From Bugula neritina (taxonomy: Eukaryota; Animalia; Bryozoa): DNA of 64,000 nucleotides. A program made the position numbers and the translations under genes. The stretch spans positions 23,779,319 through 23,843,318 of the forward strand of contig OZ037768.1 in the NCBI GenBank assembly GCA_964035545.1, read 5' to 3'. Positions 38,844 to 50,469 of the stretch are shown in pieces. Positions within the stretch are counted from its first letter, which is position 1. Every line of letters starts with the position of its first letter. The notes below the pieces were generated by a model. It did not search any database and had not been told where the DNA came from. It saw only the letters and a program-made list of their open reading frames with translations.

Positions 38844-40029
38844 TCATACAACATATATACTGATAGTGAGTATGTCAAAGATTACTTTCGTTTTGTATTT
38901 AAAATACTAGACTGTTTTATCTGTACTTTTATCACTTGCTTATCACTTACAATAAAACTGATTACAAACTAACTCACATGGATTTTCAATTTGCTTTTTA
39001 CAATCATAGTGTATAGTTGTATCTTTATGTTTTTTTTATTTGCCTCGCAAAGTCTAACAACAAGACTGGCCCCTCATTCACACTTTGCTGTACCATACGC
39101 CGTAGCAGCGAATATCAACCATTTTTGTTAGCATCTGGACTGAATCGTACCCTGGTATAAAACACTCCTATTGGGCAGAGTTGATATGCTACTAAGATTT
39201 AAAGAACATTTTCAGCTAGTTTATTTTAATAGCTTATTGTTGATTTAATTTATCAATTCCATGACTTCAAAAGATTAAAAAATCTTTATTTGGCTTGTTT
39301 AAAGTAAGCCTAGCGTAAAAATCAAGCTTTCACCAATTGTAAAGTTTTTCTTTCACTAGACTGGGCTTGGGACTGCACTTCATCTGGGCCACGGGTACTA
39401 ATTCAATGGCAAGGCTAGAATGACTCAGTTTGACTCAGCTATATAGCTGGCTGCTGTCAGCTATTAAGCTCTCACATTAGAGAATAGCGGTTATTTTAAG
39501 CTATTTACAGCAAGTAGATGACAAATACAATTGGTAATCAGTATTCTACGAGGCATAGACCCACAAGGTAGCTATTTTGTTTTACATTATTCTATATTCA
39601 AGTTTTGTTCTTTTGATGATTTATAGTGTTGTAGCTTCAATGTAAATAATGATATTTCTTGTATTTATGTTTTTGTATTACTGCCAGTTGATCATGTATC
39701 ATATAGTTAACATTGTTTAATATGATAAAACAATGTTATGTTATGTAAAATGTAGATAAAAACTAATAGATATAAGAGTATTTTAATACTGCATAAGTGA
39801 AGTGTGTCAGGGTACAATGTACATGATCAAGGATTGCTGGATTGGTTCCTTGATTTTCAAGTTTATTTGTTTGAAATGCTAGAAATATAGTGTACACTTT
39901 TTTCCCCTCACTTCAAGAGCCTAAACGCCAAATAAAGTTTGGGTTTTGAGGTATTGATATGGTGTCACACCATTGTGATCAGAACGCCGTTGGTATTTGA
40001 GATTTGTTTAGCCTTTATAATTTTATTGA

Positions 40030-40362
40030 GACTATTTTCCAATTCAAAATTGGGTGTTACATATTTGAAGTTTAGCGTTGCTAAACAGGTACACTCCACC
40101 ATTATTAATTAATGATACCAGGTCTGCTAATAGACCAGGTCTGCATTAGTATATGCAGTACTATCAGTCTTTGTTGTTCTACCTTTTAGAATTATATAAC
40201 TCACACTATAAGTAGAATATATTTATCCTCTTGGTTAATAACATTTCTAATTTCACCAGAGTTGTTTTAATGTGTTCTGGTGATTGGTTCATATTTATGA
40301 GCCTGATATCTTTTAATGCTATTGTCTTGCACATTCAATTGTGTAATATTAACAGTGTCCAT
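40030..40362 (-). pseudogene. Major capsid (hexon-like) protein N-terminal fragment
   Basis: Manual translation MDTVNITQLNVQDNSIKRYQAHKYEPITRTH*NNSGEIR...QEDKYIL / SYIILKGRTTKTDSTAYTNADLV / SLINNGGVYLFSNAK resembles the Polinton/adintovirus MCP start; stop and frameshifts present. Confidence 0.7.
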
Positions 40363-40408
40363 TTATTATATAGCGAAATTTTTTTATACTTCATTTTAGT
40401 ATAAAATA

Positions 40409-40790
40409 TTATAATCTAATTAATTTTCTTGCCATTTGTTCAATGGCTATAGCTTGTCCACGCCCCTCTAAAATGTTACTAGTGGAAACATTGGGATTAT
40501 TAGGTTGTGTAAGAGTTTTAATAATGTTTTGACTTTCAGCGTTGAACGTTATATTTTGACTCTTTTGTCTCTTATTAGCTAGTTTGTCTATTCCACTAAC
40601 AATTTTTTCACCGGCTAAATCACCAGCCCTTTCAGCTGTAGATGCTATAATTTTCTTCCCAGCTTCAGTGACTGCTTTTCTCACCATTTCATTTCCAGCA
40701 ATGCGACTTACCTCTTGAGTGATTGTTAAATATTCCACCACCGGGATAGTGCCAGCCAGCTAGTTCGACTCCGTCTATTGTATATAATCA
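40409..40790 (-). pseudogene. Small basic Ala/Gly/Lys-rich viral protein upstream of the capsid gene
   Basis: KAVTEAGKKIIASTAERAGDLAGEKIV amphipathic stretch and its position just before the MCP, as in Polinton-like viruses. Confidence 0.5.
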
Positions 40791-41199
40791 TTTGTTATAA
40801 GCATGACATCATTATTTTATACTGTTTTTGATTAAACATTTCATTCTCAATAGCTCGTTTAATATTGCCACAATCTCGTTTTGAACAATGCCATTGTTAC
40901 CAGCTTGAACACTGGCCCGTAAGATTTTTGATCGATGGTAGACACCTGTTTTGACACCTTTTTTAAAGTCTGCAACCCTTGCTCTTTCGGGATACAGGTT
41001 TGCCCAGATTGGTCTAACTATATTTCTCCACCTGCTACTATTTTTATCCAGGATTCTGTTACTGCTTAATAAATTGCATTACTGTTGAGTAGGTCACTGT
41101 AGTTATTTGTATTATCATTAGTATGCTCTTGAGGATTTTTGCAAGTTAGAAAATATAGCAGTCCTTTCGTTGCGGGTAGTCTTTTTTAGTTACTTCAAT

Positions 41200-41452
41200 T
41201 TTTGTTTTTGCTAATTCTTCCAGTCTCATGAAGGCTGCAGTCTTTTTACTTTCATTTACTCCATATGTGAATTTGGAAACATAGAACATCTCAAACATGA
41301 GGAATCCTAAAGACCACATATCAAACTTGTCTGTAACATCGGGTTCTGGTGCTGAGTTATATGGGGGTGTGCCCGCTCTCTCTAAGCTTTGCCCATCTGT
41401 TACTCTCCCACACAGGCCAAAATCTCCTAAAGCAACTTCTGGTTCATCCGGT
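41200..41452 (-). pseudogene. Fragment of the kinase exon 2 (DFG to alphaG)
   Basis: Near-identical to 44300-44550 and 47480-47730 (GDFGLCG...APE...DMWSLG). Confidence 0.9.
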
Positions 41453-41700
41453 ACACTTGTATGGCTTCTCGACAGCATGATGTGTCCCGAGGTGTATCTG
41501 TAGAGGTGTATCTGTACGTTACTGCTGTGTACGCTTTTATACTCACACGGAGTACACTTGTATTTCTTCTCACTTCCTTTGTGGTGATGTTTTGAATGTT
41601 TCTTTAGTTCGTCAGGATAGCTGCATCTAAAGTCGCACTTTCCACATTTTATAGTTCTGGGAGCTTCTAGTTCAACTGGGAAAAAACTATTTTCTTCAGC
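41450..41700 (-). pseudogene. C2H2 zinc-finger gene fragment
   Basis: IKCGKCDFRCSYPDELKKHSKHHH-KGSEKKYKCTPCEYKSVHSSNVQIHL / GTHHAVEKPYKC; a 14-bp duplication (TACAGATACACCTC) shifts the frame. Confidence 0.8.
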
Positions 41701-42589
41701 TGCAACAAGTTATTATGAGGATTCATGTAATAATGAGTATTACTCTACTGAAAAGGCTGAACACAAAGTAATAACCAAGATAAAATGTTTGTTCCAAAAA
41801 TACACATTCACATATCACTTGGAAGATATATTATCATTTTAACAAACTCTAAATAATTAGTCAAGTTGTATTAACTAGATTTTTAACCAATGGTAGAAAT
41901 ATAACGCCTTAACCTGTTCTGACACCTTTTTCTTAAAGTTTGCAACCCTTGCTCTTTCTGGATACAGGTTTGCCCAGATTGGTCTAACTATATTTCTCCA
42001 CCTGCTACTATTTTTATCCAGGATTCTTTTACTGCTTAATAAATTGCATTACTGTTGTTGAGTAGGTCACTGTAGTTATTTAAATCATCATTGGTATACT
42101 CTTGAGGGTTTCTGCAAGTTAGAAGATATTGCAGCGGTATTCTTTTTTAGTTACTTCAATTTTATTGTTACCAATTTTAACATTCTTGTCACCAATGATG
42201 TACTTGCTACCATCCCACTTCACCTTCAAACCATGGTAAAGCTTCTAAGAACTCATTTTGTGTATTTGTTATGCTTAATAAAGTGGGTTGTTGGTTCTCA
42301 TCCAACTGTTCTAAGGCACTTGTTGTTTTTGTTTGAGATTCTATTACTGGTGCAAAAAACTCTTGTACTATCGCAGCATTTAGCCTTTGGGCACTCTCGA
42401 CTCTAAAATGTTCAAGTCGATTTTTTCTAGCTATATGGTTTTGAACAATTATATCCTTTTCTTTAGGATCTTTTATATTTATTTTTGGCGTTTATTATAT
42501 GAACATAAATTGTGTCCAGAGGTGGACACAAATATGTCCAGAGGTAGACACAAATGTGTCTATGCAGAGGTTCTTATACATTTTTTAAA

Positions 42590-43445
42590 GTATCTAAACT
42601 AGCCCATGAATTTTGTGACTCTGGATACCCCATCCGCTTTACAAATGCCTTTTTACCTTTCTTTTTAATGACACACTCTATTTCTATATATTTTTTGATT
42701 TGCCTTTTGTAATTCCTGGCCGTGAAAAGAACCTTGAATGTCTCCACCTGATGAATCTATAGTTTTGCATGTGGTTGGATTAGTGTACAGTACTTTACTT
42801 ATTGTAAAGACTTATTTCGTCCATTTAGGAGTGTACTCTTTTTCAAATATAGTCTTTTTACATGGTATGCGCACACTATCACCAACGGCAAACTTTTGTT
42901 CATTAGGCTCTGGTAGATTAGGATATAACTTCACACACACTTTACTCACATTGGAGAGGAGGCTAGCTTCTGTGAGTGTCATTCTTATGGACGGGTGTCT
43001 GGTTTCGTTATAAGATTTAGTTGAATCATTCATCACATTTATATATTTATAAGTATTGTTCACTGAAAAACATTTAAACATTTGCTCTTTCATAGTTCTA
43101 TTCCACCTCTCTACTACACTGGACTTTTCTTCATTCTCCGTAGAATATAAGTCTACCAACTGTTCAATATCCTTATAAAATTCCTTACCCTTATCCCAAA
43201 TTAATTGTGCGCTTTAAAAATCTTTTCATGAGCTGTTGCAACAGCTCTACTAGTTTCATTTTTAATGGAACCATCCAGCCGTACTTGGAATTAACACATC
43301 TATTACGGTTACAAATACTTATAGTCATTTTCTTCAGTGAATCCTGTCATGTCAACAAATCAGCAGCCTAAATGTCATCGACATGCACACTTCTTTTTCT
43401 GCAATATTTTTCTTTCCCTGGCTTATGCAGTTTGTTGGTTAGTTC
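42590..43445 (-). pseudogene. Retroviral-type (rve) integrase with C-terminal chromodomain, Polinton type
   Basis: NELTNKLHKP..., YSTENEEKSSVVERWNRTMKE, FAVGDSVRI..KKTIFEKEYTPKWT, and chromo-like IECVIKKKGKKAFVKRMGYPESQNSW; frameshifted. Confidence 0.88.
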
Positions 43446-43446
43446 A

Positions 43447-43846
43447 TTAGTCTATTTTAGTTTGTTTTAATTTCTCATCCAAGGCGTTTTTAGCTCCTAT
43501 GATTGCTTTGGCGATAATAATGTGTCTTTTTTCAGAGGCTAAAGGATTTCCAACATTATTTAATTCTTCAAGCATTTTAGCATCACAAACCATGTTTCTA
43601 GTTTTTCTATTCCTATATGACGTGCATAACACATGTCATGTCTGTAGGCAATTTCATCATCCCGATCTACGGGTCTACTCCAGTTTCTTGGTGTCAAGTC
43701 CACGTTTAATCGTTTATTTGTGTTTGGCCCTAAAAATTTGTGTCCGAGATAATGCAACTCAATTCTACCTTCCCCCTGCAGGGTTTTTTCTCCTTATCAA
43801 AAGTAAACTTTTTTCCTCCACATTTTCTACATTTGCCATATCCCAT
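43447..43846 (-). pseudogene. Parvovirus VP1-like phospholipase A2 (PLA2X) with N-terminal CxxC
   Basis: GKCRKCGGKK...LHYLGHKFLGPNT...PVDRDDEIAYRHDMCY...CDAKML: Ca-binding-loop-like GP and catalytic HD motif; frameshifts. Confidence 0.85.
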
Positions 43847-44161
43847 TGTATCACTTACAATAAAACTGATTACAAACCAATCCTCATGGGTTTAGATTTT
43901 GCTTTTTACAATCATAGTGTAAAGTTATATCTTTATATTATTTGTATTTGGTTTACTAAATTTAACAATAAGACTGAAAGTACTGGGTAAATGCTTTATT
44001 TTTTATTGTAAAATTTCACTAATTATGTATTTTCATGAAGAAAACTTTTTGAAATGAGTTTTGCTATTCTCACATTCTTTATTATTTTCTTATGGCTGTT
44101 TGACAAACACAGATACTCTTATCCCTTTAATTGCTAAATGTCACTTAACACGTTCAGTTTC

Positions 44162-45716
44162 TTAACGAGTCAGCTCTTCTAGTATCTCTTCTGAAGAAAT
44201 ACGCTGTTTAGGGTCTATTTCCAGACACTTTATTACCATATTTTTGATTTTCCGCTGCTTTACGTTGGTTCCAACAAACTGTTTGAAATCTTCAACACGG
44301 CTTGTTTTTGCTAATTCTTCCAGTCTCATGAAGGCTGCAGTCTTTTTACTTTCATTTACTCCATATGTGAATTTGGAAACATAGAACATCTCAAACATGA
44401 GGAATCCTAAAGACCACATATCAAACTTGTCTGTAACATTGGGTTCTGGTGCAGAGTTATATGGGGGTGTGCCCCCTCTCTCTAAGCTTTTCCCATCTGT
44501 TACTCTCCCACACAGGCCAAAATCTCCTAAAGCAACTCCTGGTTCATCCGGATTATTAGGATTCCCGTTTATCAGAATATTTCCAGGTTTCAAGTCACGG
44601 TGGACGTAGCCTTTAGAGTGTATAAATGCGAGAGCTCTGCATATGCCAGTGAGAATAGAGGAAATCTCATTGCGTGATGGAGGGTCGTCTGATCTGTCAT
44701 AGCATCTATCTTCTAGACTCTTATCATATAAACTCATTACTATGTAGAATCTCAAACCTAAACACACACAAATATATTAGAACTGTTAAGAGGAATGATT
44801 CTGTAGTAGGAATGTCAGTATGATAGTGAGGATACTCATTATACAATCAAAGTCTGTTGACTGCTTTTATGAAAAGTTACATCAAAAAGTAAACATAAAC
44901 TATAAATTATCTGTATAAATCTGGCAACTTGGTAACTATAACTTTGGAAATCCTGTTTTTGTAAACATATGTTGATAGTAATTTGTATAGCCAAAAGCTG
45001 TTCTAAATATATGTAACAGCACTGACTGCAACGGCAGCTCCTGTTGTTTTAACTTAGAATTTGTTATCTTATGCATATCTAAACTTTCGACATAATCTAA
45101 TAATACAATCTTTTCTGGCTGACTTAAGCTGATATTATAAAAAATATCACTAAAAACTAGCTGCAGCTATTTATTGGTGATAAGAGACAGGAAATGACAT
45201 ACCCTTGGCAGTTGTCAGGCAGCGCTTCATTTGTGACGTTATTTGTTTATCATCTTCAATGAAATCGATAAGACTTTCTGGGTCCATGTGAGTTTCCCAA
45301 TCAGGATCATCGTAGGGGGGTCTCACCCAACTCTCATAGCATCTCACAATGTTGGGGTGGTGCATCTCCTCTGAAGACTGTAACACTGCCTCTTGGCATG
45401 CCATGAGAAAGTCGAAAACCGCCTCGGTGTCATGCTTTACTGACTGTGTACGTCTGTTAATCACAGCTCTAGTGTCTGCGTAGTCAGTTTTCAAGTTCAA
45501 CTCTATCTCTTTAACTGCCACTACTTGGAGATCTTCCATTCTCATCATTTTAAGCACTTTACCATAAGCTCCTCGTTTTGGTTTTGCATCTGGAATTTCT
45601 ACATAATTCTTATCCAAATGAGATGTTCTAGTTCCTTCATCATCCACCTCATCCGGATGTATGTTGTCCTTTATCAGCTTTTTAACTGCTTCCCTTATAT
45701 CCTCTGAGAAATTCAT
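44162..45716 (-). CDS. Ser/Thr protein kinase, kinase domain only, eIF2alpha-kinase-like (copy 1, 369 aa, 2 exons)
   Basis: Exons 45716-45203 and 44757-44162 (GT-AG, phase 1). Motifs: RGAYGKV, VAVK, HPNIVRCYESW plus acidic insert, FYIVM, HRDLKPGNIL, DFG, GTPPYNSAPE, DMWSLG. Subfamily is an inference. Confidence 0.85.
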
Positions 45717-46092
45717 ATTTGTCTATGAATTGGAAACCTGCAGCTCAGAAATACTTGTTTTTGCTAGTCACTCTAACATGTAACTGAGTTGCCTATGCTT
45801 ACAGCGCACTACAAGAGTGTCCCTGTTATTGATTAAAAGTCTAATATTGTATGAAGGGAAATCCCCATAATGAATAACTAAATCCTGAATAGAGTAGTTA
45901 CACAATCGCTCCACACGTTGGCTATGATCATTGAAGGACAACGTGAGAGTCGCATTCCATGCATGAAATAACTAATGTTGAATCAGCATCTTCAAGCATT
46001 TAGCTCAGGCTTTCTAAGTTAGTAAAATATAAATGTTTTGAACATTGGTTGCTCTGCCAATACAACATATGAGTACTAAAATAACATGATGC

Positions 46093-46763
46093 TGTTATTG
46101 TTGTATTTATACTACGCTAATGTAATGTGCATGACATTGCGGCATGCAGTTATGTAACCTGTTTTGTAAATATTATAATGGTTGTGCTATTTTCCTTTAT
46201 GTCCTAAATCTTTGTGGTTTGTATATATTGTCAGATGTGTTTGCAGTGATCAGTTGTGCTTTCTAAAAAAAGATATTTTATTGAGCTTTAAATATAATAA
46301 TACTATTACAAGCTATTTCGGCATTAATCAGTGGTAGAAATATGGCAGTCAGGGTGTCGGATTTAGTGAAAAATTATGAGGACAGTTCGGTTAGTGGAGA
46401 ATTTACTGAGTGGTGAAAGAAGCTGGAGCTAGTAGCAAAGTTGCAGAAAGTAGAAGATCTTGCCTCGTTCCTGCCATTTATACTTGGCAGGTCCAGCATT
46501 TGCTGCATGTGTATAAATAGTAAATCAGACTTCTCTAAGTTAAAGGCTGAGCTGATGCCGTCATTCTGTGAGAGCAGTTACAGTGCTTGCGATCAACTTA
46601 GAACAAGAAGTCTAAAAGAAGGTGAAGCTGTAGATGTCTATGTAGCTGAGTTGAGAAGGCTAGTAACACTGTTGGGTCAGAAAACTCCAGAGCCTTTACT
46701 GAAATGTGCATTTATTGCTGGTTTGCCAGTGGATGTTGCTATACAAATAAAATCTGTCGCTGC
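46093..46763 (+). mobile_element. Truncated LTR retrotransposon (Gypsy-like): ~238-bp LTR, PBS-like TGG, dead gag 5' part
   Basis: TGTTA...ATCA then GTGGTAG; ATG at 46342 gives MAVRVSDLVK...FTEW*KKLELVAKLQKVEDLASFLP...RSLKEGEAVDVYVAELRRL...FIAGLP; in-frame TGA at 46414. Confidence 0.75.
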
Positions 46764-47014
46764 TGTTTCTAGTTTTTCTATCCCTATATGACATCATAAC
46801 ACAAGTCATGTCTATAGGAAATTTCATCATCACGATCCACGGGTCTACTCCAGTCTTTTGGTGTCAAGTCCACGTTTAATCGTTTATTTGTATTTGGCCC
46901 TAAAAATTTGTGTCCGAGATAATGCAACTCAATTCTACCTTCCCCCTGCAGGGTTTTTTTTCTCAACAAAAGTACACTTTTTCCTCCACATTTTCTACAC
47001 CTGCCATATCCCAT
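46764..47014 (-). pseudogene. Duplicated PLA2X 5' fragment
   Basis: GRCRKCGGK...FLGPNT...YRHDLCY; paralogous to 43593-43846. Confidence 0.85.
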
Positions 47015-47340
47015 TGAATCACTTGCATATCACTTATAATAAAATTGATTACAAACCAATCCTGATGGGTTTAGATTTTGCTTTTTACAATCACAGTGTA
47101 AAGTTATATCTTTATATTATTTGTATTTGGTTTACTAAATTTAACAATAAGACTGAGAGTACTGAGTAAATGCTTTATTTTTTATTGTAAAATTTCACTA
47201 ATTATGTATTTTCATGAAGAAAACTTTTTAAAATGAGTTTTGCTATTCTCACATTCTTCATTATTTTCCTATGGCTGTTTGACAAACACAGATACTCTTA
47301 TCCCTTTAATTGCCAAATGTCACTTAACACCTTCAGTTTC

Positions 47341-48885
47341 TTAACGAGTCAGCTCTTCTAGTATCTCTTCTGAAGAAATACGCTGTTTGGGATCCATTTC
47401 CAGACACTTTATTACCATATTTTTGATTTTCCGCTGCTTTACGTTGGTTCCAACAAACTGTTTAAAATCTTCAACACGGCTTGTTTTTGCTAATTCTTCC
47501 AGTCTCATGAAGGCTGCAGTTTTTTTACTTTCATTTACTCCATATGTGAATTTGGAAACAAAGAACATCTCAAACATGAGGAATCCTAAAGACCACATAT
47601 CAAACTTGTCTGTAACATTAGGTTCTGGTGCTGAGTTATATGGGGGTGTGCCCGCTCTCTCTAAGCTTTGCCCATCGGCTACTCTCCCACACAGGCCAAA
47701 ATCCCCTAAAGCAACTTCTGGTTCATCTGGATTATTAGGATTCCCGTTTATCAGAATATTTCCAGGTTTCAAGTCACGGTGGACATAGCCTTTAGAGTGT
47801 ATAAATGCGAGAGCTCTGCATATGCCAGTGAGAATTGAGGAAATCTCAAGACGTGATGGAGGGTCGTCTGATCTGTCATAGCATCTATCTTCTAGACTCT
47901 TATCATACAAACTCATAACTATGTAGAATCTCAAACCTAAACACACACAAATATATTAGAAATGTTAGGAGGAATGATTCTGTAGTAGGAATGTCAGTAT
48001 GATAGTGAGAATACTTGTTATACACTCAAAGTCTGTTAACTGCTATTATGAAAACTTACCTCAAAAAGTAAACATAAACTATAGAATATCTGTATAAATC
48101 TGGCAACTTGGTAACTATAACTTTGGAAATCCTGTTTTTGTAAACATATGTTGATAGTAATTTGTATTAGCCAAAAGCTGTTCTGAATATATAACTGCAA
48201 CGGCAGCTCCTGTTGTTTTAACTTAGAATTTGTTATCTTATGCATATCTAAACTTTCGACATAATCTAATAATACAATCTTTTCCGGCTGACTTAAGCTA
48301 ATATTATAAAAAATATCACTAAAAACTAGCTGCAGCTATTTATTGGTGATAAGAGACAAGAAATGACATACCCTTGGCAGTTGTCAGGCAGCGTTTCATT
48401 TGTGATGTTATTTGTTTATCATCTTCAATGAAATCGATAAGACTTTCTGGGTCCATGTGAGTTTCCCACTCAGGATCATCGTAGGGGGGTCTCACCCAAC
48501 TCTCATAGCATCTCACAATGTTGGGGTGGTGCATCTCCTCTGAAGACTGTAACACTGCCTCTTGGCATGCCATGAGAAAGTCGAAAACCGCCTCGGTGTC
48601 ATGCTTTACTGACTGTGTACGTCTGTTAATCACAGCTCTAGTGTCTGCGTAGTCAGTTTTCAAGTTCAACTCTATCTCTTTAACTGCCACTACTTGGAGA
48701 TCTTCCATTCTCATCATTTTAAGCACTTTACCATAAGCTCCTCGTTTTGGTTCTGCATCTGGAATTTCTACATAATTCTTATCCAAATGAGATGTTCTAG
48801 TTCCTTCATCATCCACCTCATCCGGATGTATGTTGTCCTTCATCAGCTTTTTAACTGCTTCCCTTATATCCTCTGAGAAATTCAT
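47341..48885 (-). CDS. Same kinase, copy 2 (369 aa, 2 exons)
   Basis: Exons 48885-48372 and 47936-47341; intact, with 10 aa differences from copy 1 by manual comparison. Confidence 0.85.
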
Positions 48886-49255
48886 ATTTGTTTATGAATT
48901 GGAAACCTGCAGCTCAGAAATACTTGTTTTGCTACTCACTCAAACATGTAAGTGCCTATGCTTACTACTCACTACGATAGTGTCTCTGTTATTGATTAAA
49001 AGCCTGATATTGTATGAAGGGAAATCCCCATAATGAATAAGTAAATCCCGAATAGAGTAGTTGCGCAATTGCTCCACACGTTGGCTATGATCATTGAAGC
49101 GCAACGTGAGAGTCGCATTCCATGCATGAAATAACTAATGTTGAATCAGCATCTTCAAGCATTTAGCTCAGGCTTTCTAAGTTAGTAAAATATAAATGTT
49201 TTGAACATTGGTTGCTCTGCCAATACAACATATGAGTACTAAAATAACATGATGC

Positions 49256-49926
49256 TGTTATTGTTGTATTTATACTACGCTAATGTAATGTGCATGACAT
49301 TGCGGCATGCAGTTATGTAACCTGTTTTGTAAATATTATAATGGTTGTGCTATTTTCCTTTATGTCCTAAATCTTTGTGGTTTGTATATATTGTCAGATG
49401 TGTTTGCAGTGATCAGTTGTGCTTTCTAAAAAAAGATATTTTATTGAGCTTTAAATATAATAATACTATTACAAGCTATTTCGGCATTAATCAGTGGTAG
49501 AAATATGGCAGTCAGGGTGTCGGATTTAGTGAAAAATTATGAGGACAGTTCGGTTAGTGGAGAATTTACTGAGTGGTGAAAGAAGCTGGAGCTAGTAGCA
49601 AAGTTGCAGAAAGTAGAAGATCTTGCCTCGTTCCTGCCATTTATACTTGGCAGGTCCAGCATTTGCTGCATGTGTATAAATAGTAAATCAGACTTCTCTA
49701 AGTTAAAGGCTGAGCTGATGCCGTCATTCTGTGAGAGCAGTTACAGTGCTTGCGATCAACTTAGAACAAGAAGTCTAAAAGAAGGTGAAGCTGTAGATGT
49801 CTATGTAGCTGAGTTGAGAAGGCTAGTAACACTGTTGGGTCAGAAAACTCCAGAGCCTTTACTGAAATGTGCATTTATTGCTGGTTTGCCAATGGATGTT
49901 GCTACACAAATAAAATCTGTCGCTGC
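49256..49926 (+). mobile_element. Second copy of the LTR/gag stub
   Basis: Nearly identical to 46093-46763 with the same stop; gag ATG at 49505. Confidence 0.75.
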
Positions 49927-50185
49927 TGTTTCTAGTTTTTCTATCCTTATATGACATCATAACACAAGTCATGTCTATAGGAAATTTCATCATCACGATC
50001 TACGGGTCTACTCCAATCTTTTGGTGTCAAGTCCACGTTTAATAGTCTATTAAGATTTGTATTTGGACCTAAAAAGTTGTGTCCGGGATAGTGAAACTCA
50101 ATTCCACCTTCCCCCTGCAGGTTTTTTTCTCCTTAACAAAAGTTCACTTTTTTCCTCCACATTTTCTACATTTGCCATATCCCAT
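49927..50185 (-). pseudogene. Third PLA2X fragment
   Basis: Paralogous to 43593-43846, more diverged. Confidence 0.75.
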
Positions 50186-50469
50186 TGTATCACTTACAAT
50201 AAAACTGATTACAAACCAACCCTCATGGGTTTAGATTTTGCTTTTTACAGTCATAGTGTAAAGTTATATCTTTATATTATTTGTATTTGCATCTACTAAA
50301 TTTAACAATAAGACTGAAAGTACTGGGTAAATGTTTTACTTTTTATTGTAACATTTCACTAATAGTGTATTTTCATGAAGAAAACTTTTTGAAATAAGTT
50401 TTGCTATTCTCACATTCTTTGTTTTCCTATGGCTGTTTGACAAACACAGATACCCTTATCCCTTTAATT

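Larger units (their letters stand above)
40810..42510 (-). pseudogene. Conserved Polinton hypothetical protein, interrupted by a zinc-finger/kinase insert and a ~245-bp duplication
   Basis: N-terminal IKDPKEKDIIV and C-terminal LRASVQAGNNGIVQNEIVAILNELL motifs; 40950-41200 duplicates 41920-42165. Confidence 0.6.
40030..43850 (-). mobile_element. Degraded, rearranged Polinton/Maverick (adintovirus-type) endogenous viral remnant
   Basis: Co-oriented, intronless fragments in the order PLA2, rve integrase-chromodomain, conserved hypothetical, small basic protein, major capsid. Many stops and frameshifts; no TIRs or polB seen. Confidence 0.85.

Noticed and set aside
39600-39990. Possible LTR end and PBS (AATAAAG...TGGTGTCA)
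   Set aside because: No second LTR, TSD or gag ORF follows; too weak to call.
46414-46416. Programmed readthrough TGA in gag
   Set aside because: The same gag also has an apparent frameshift and is truncated; both copies share the stop only because they were duplicated together.
44162-48885. Kinase as a native gene of the Polinton
   Set aside because: It has a spliceosomal intron and is tied to a copy of the host TMEM199 3' end; a host origin is more parsimonious.
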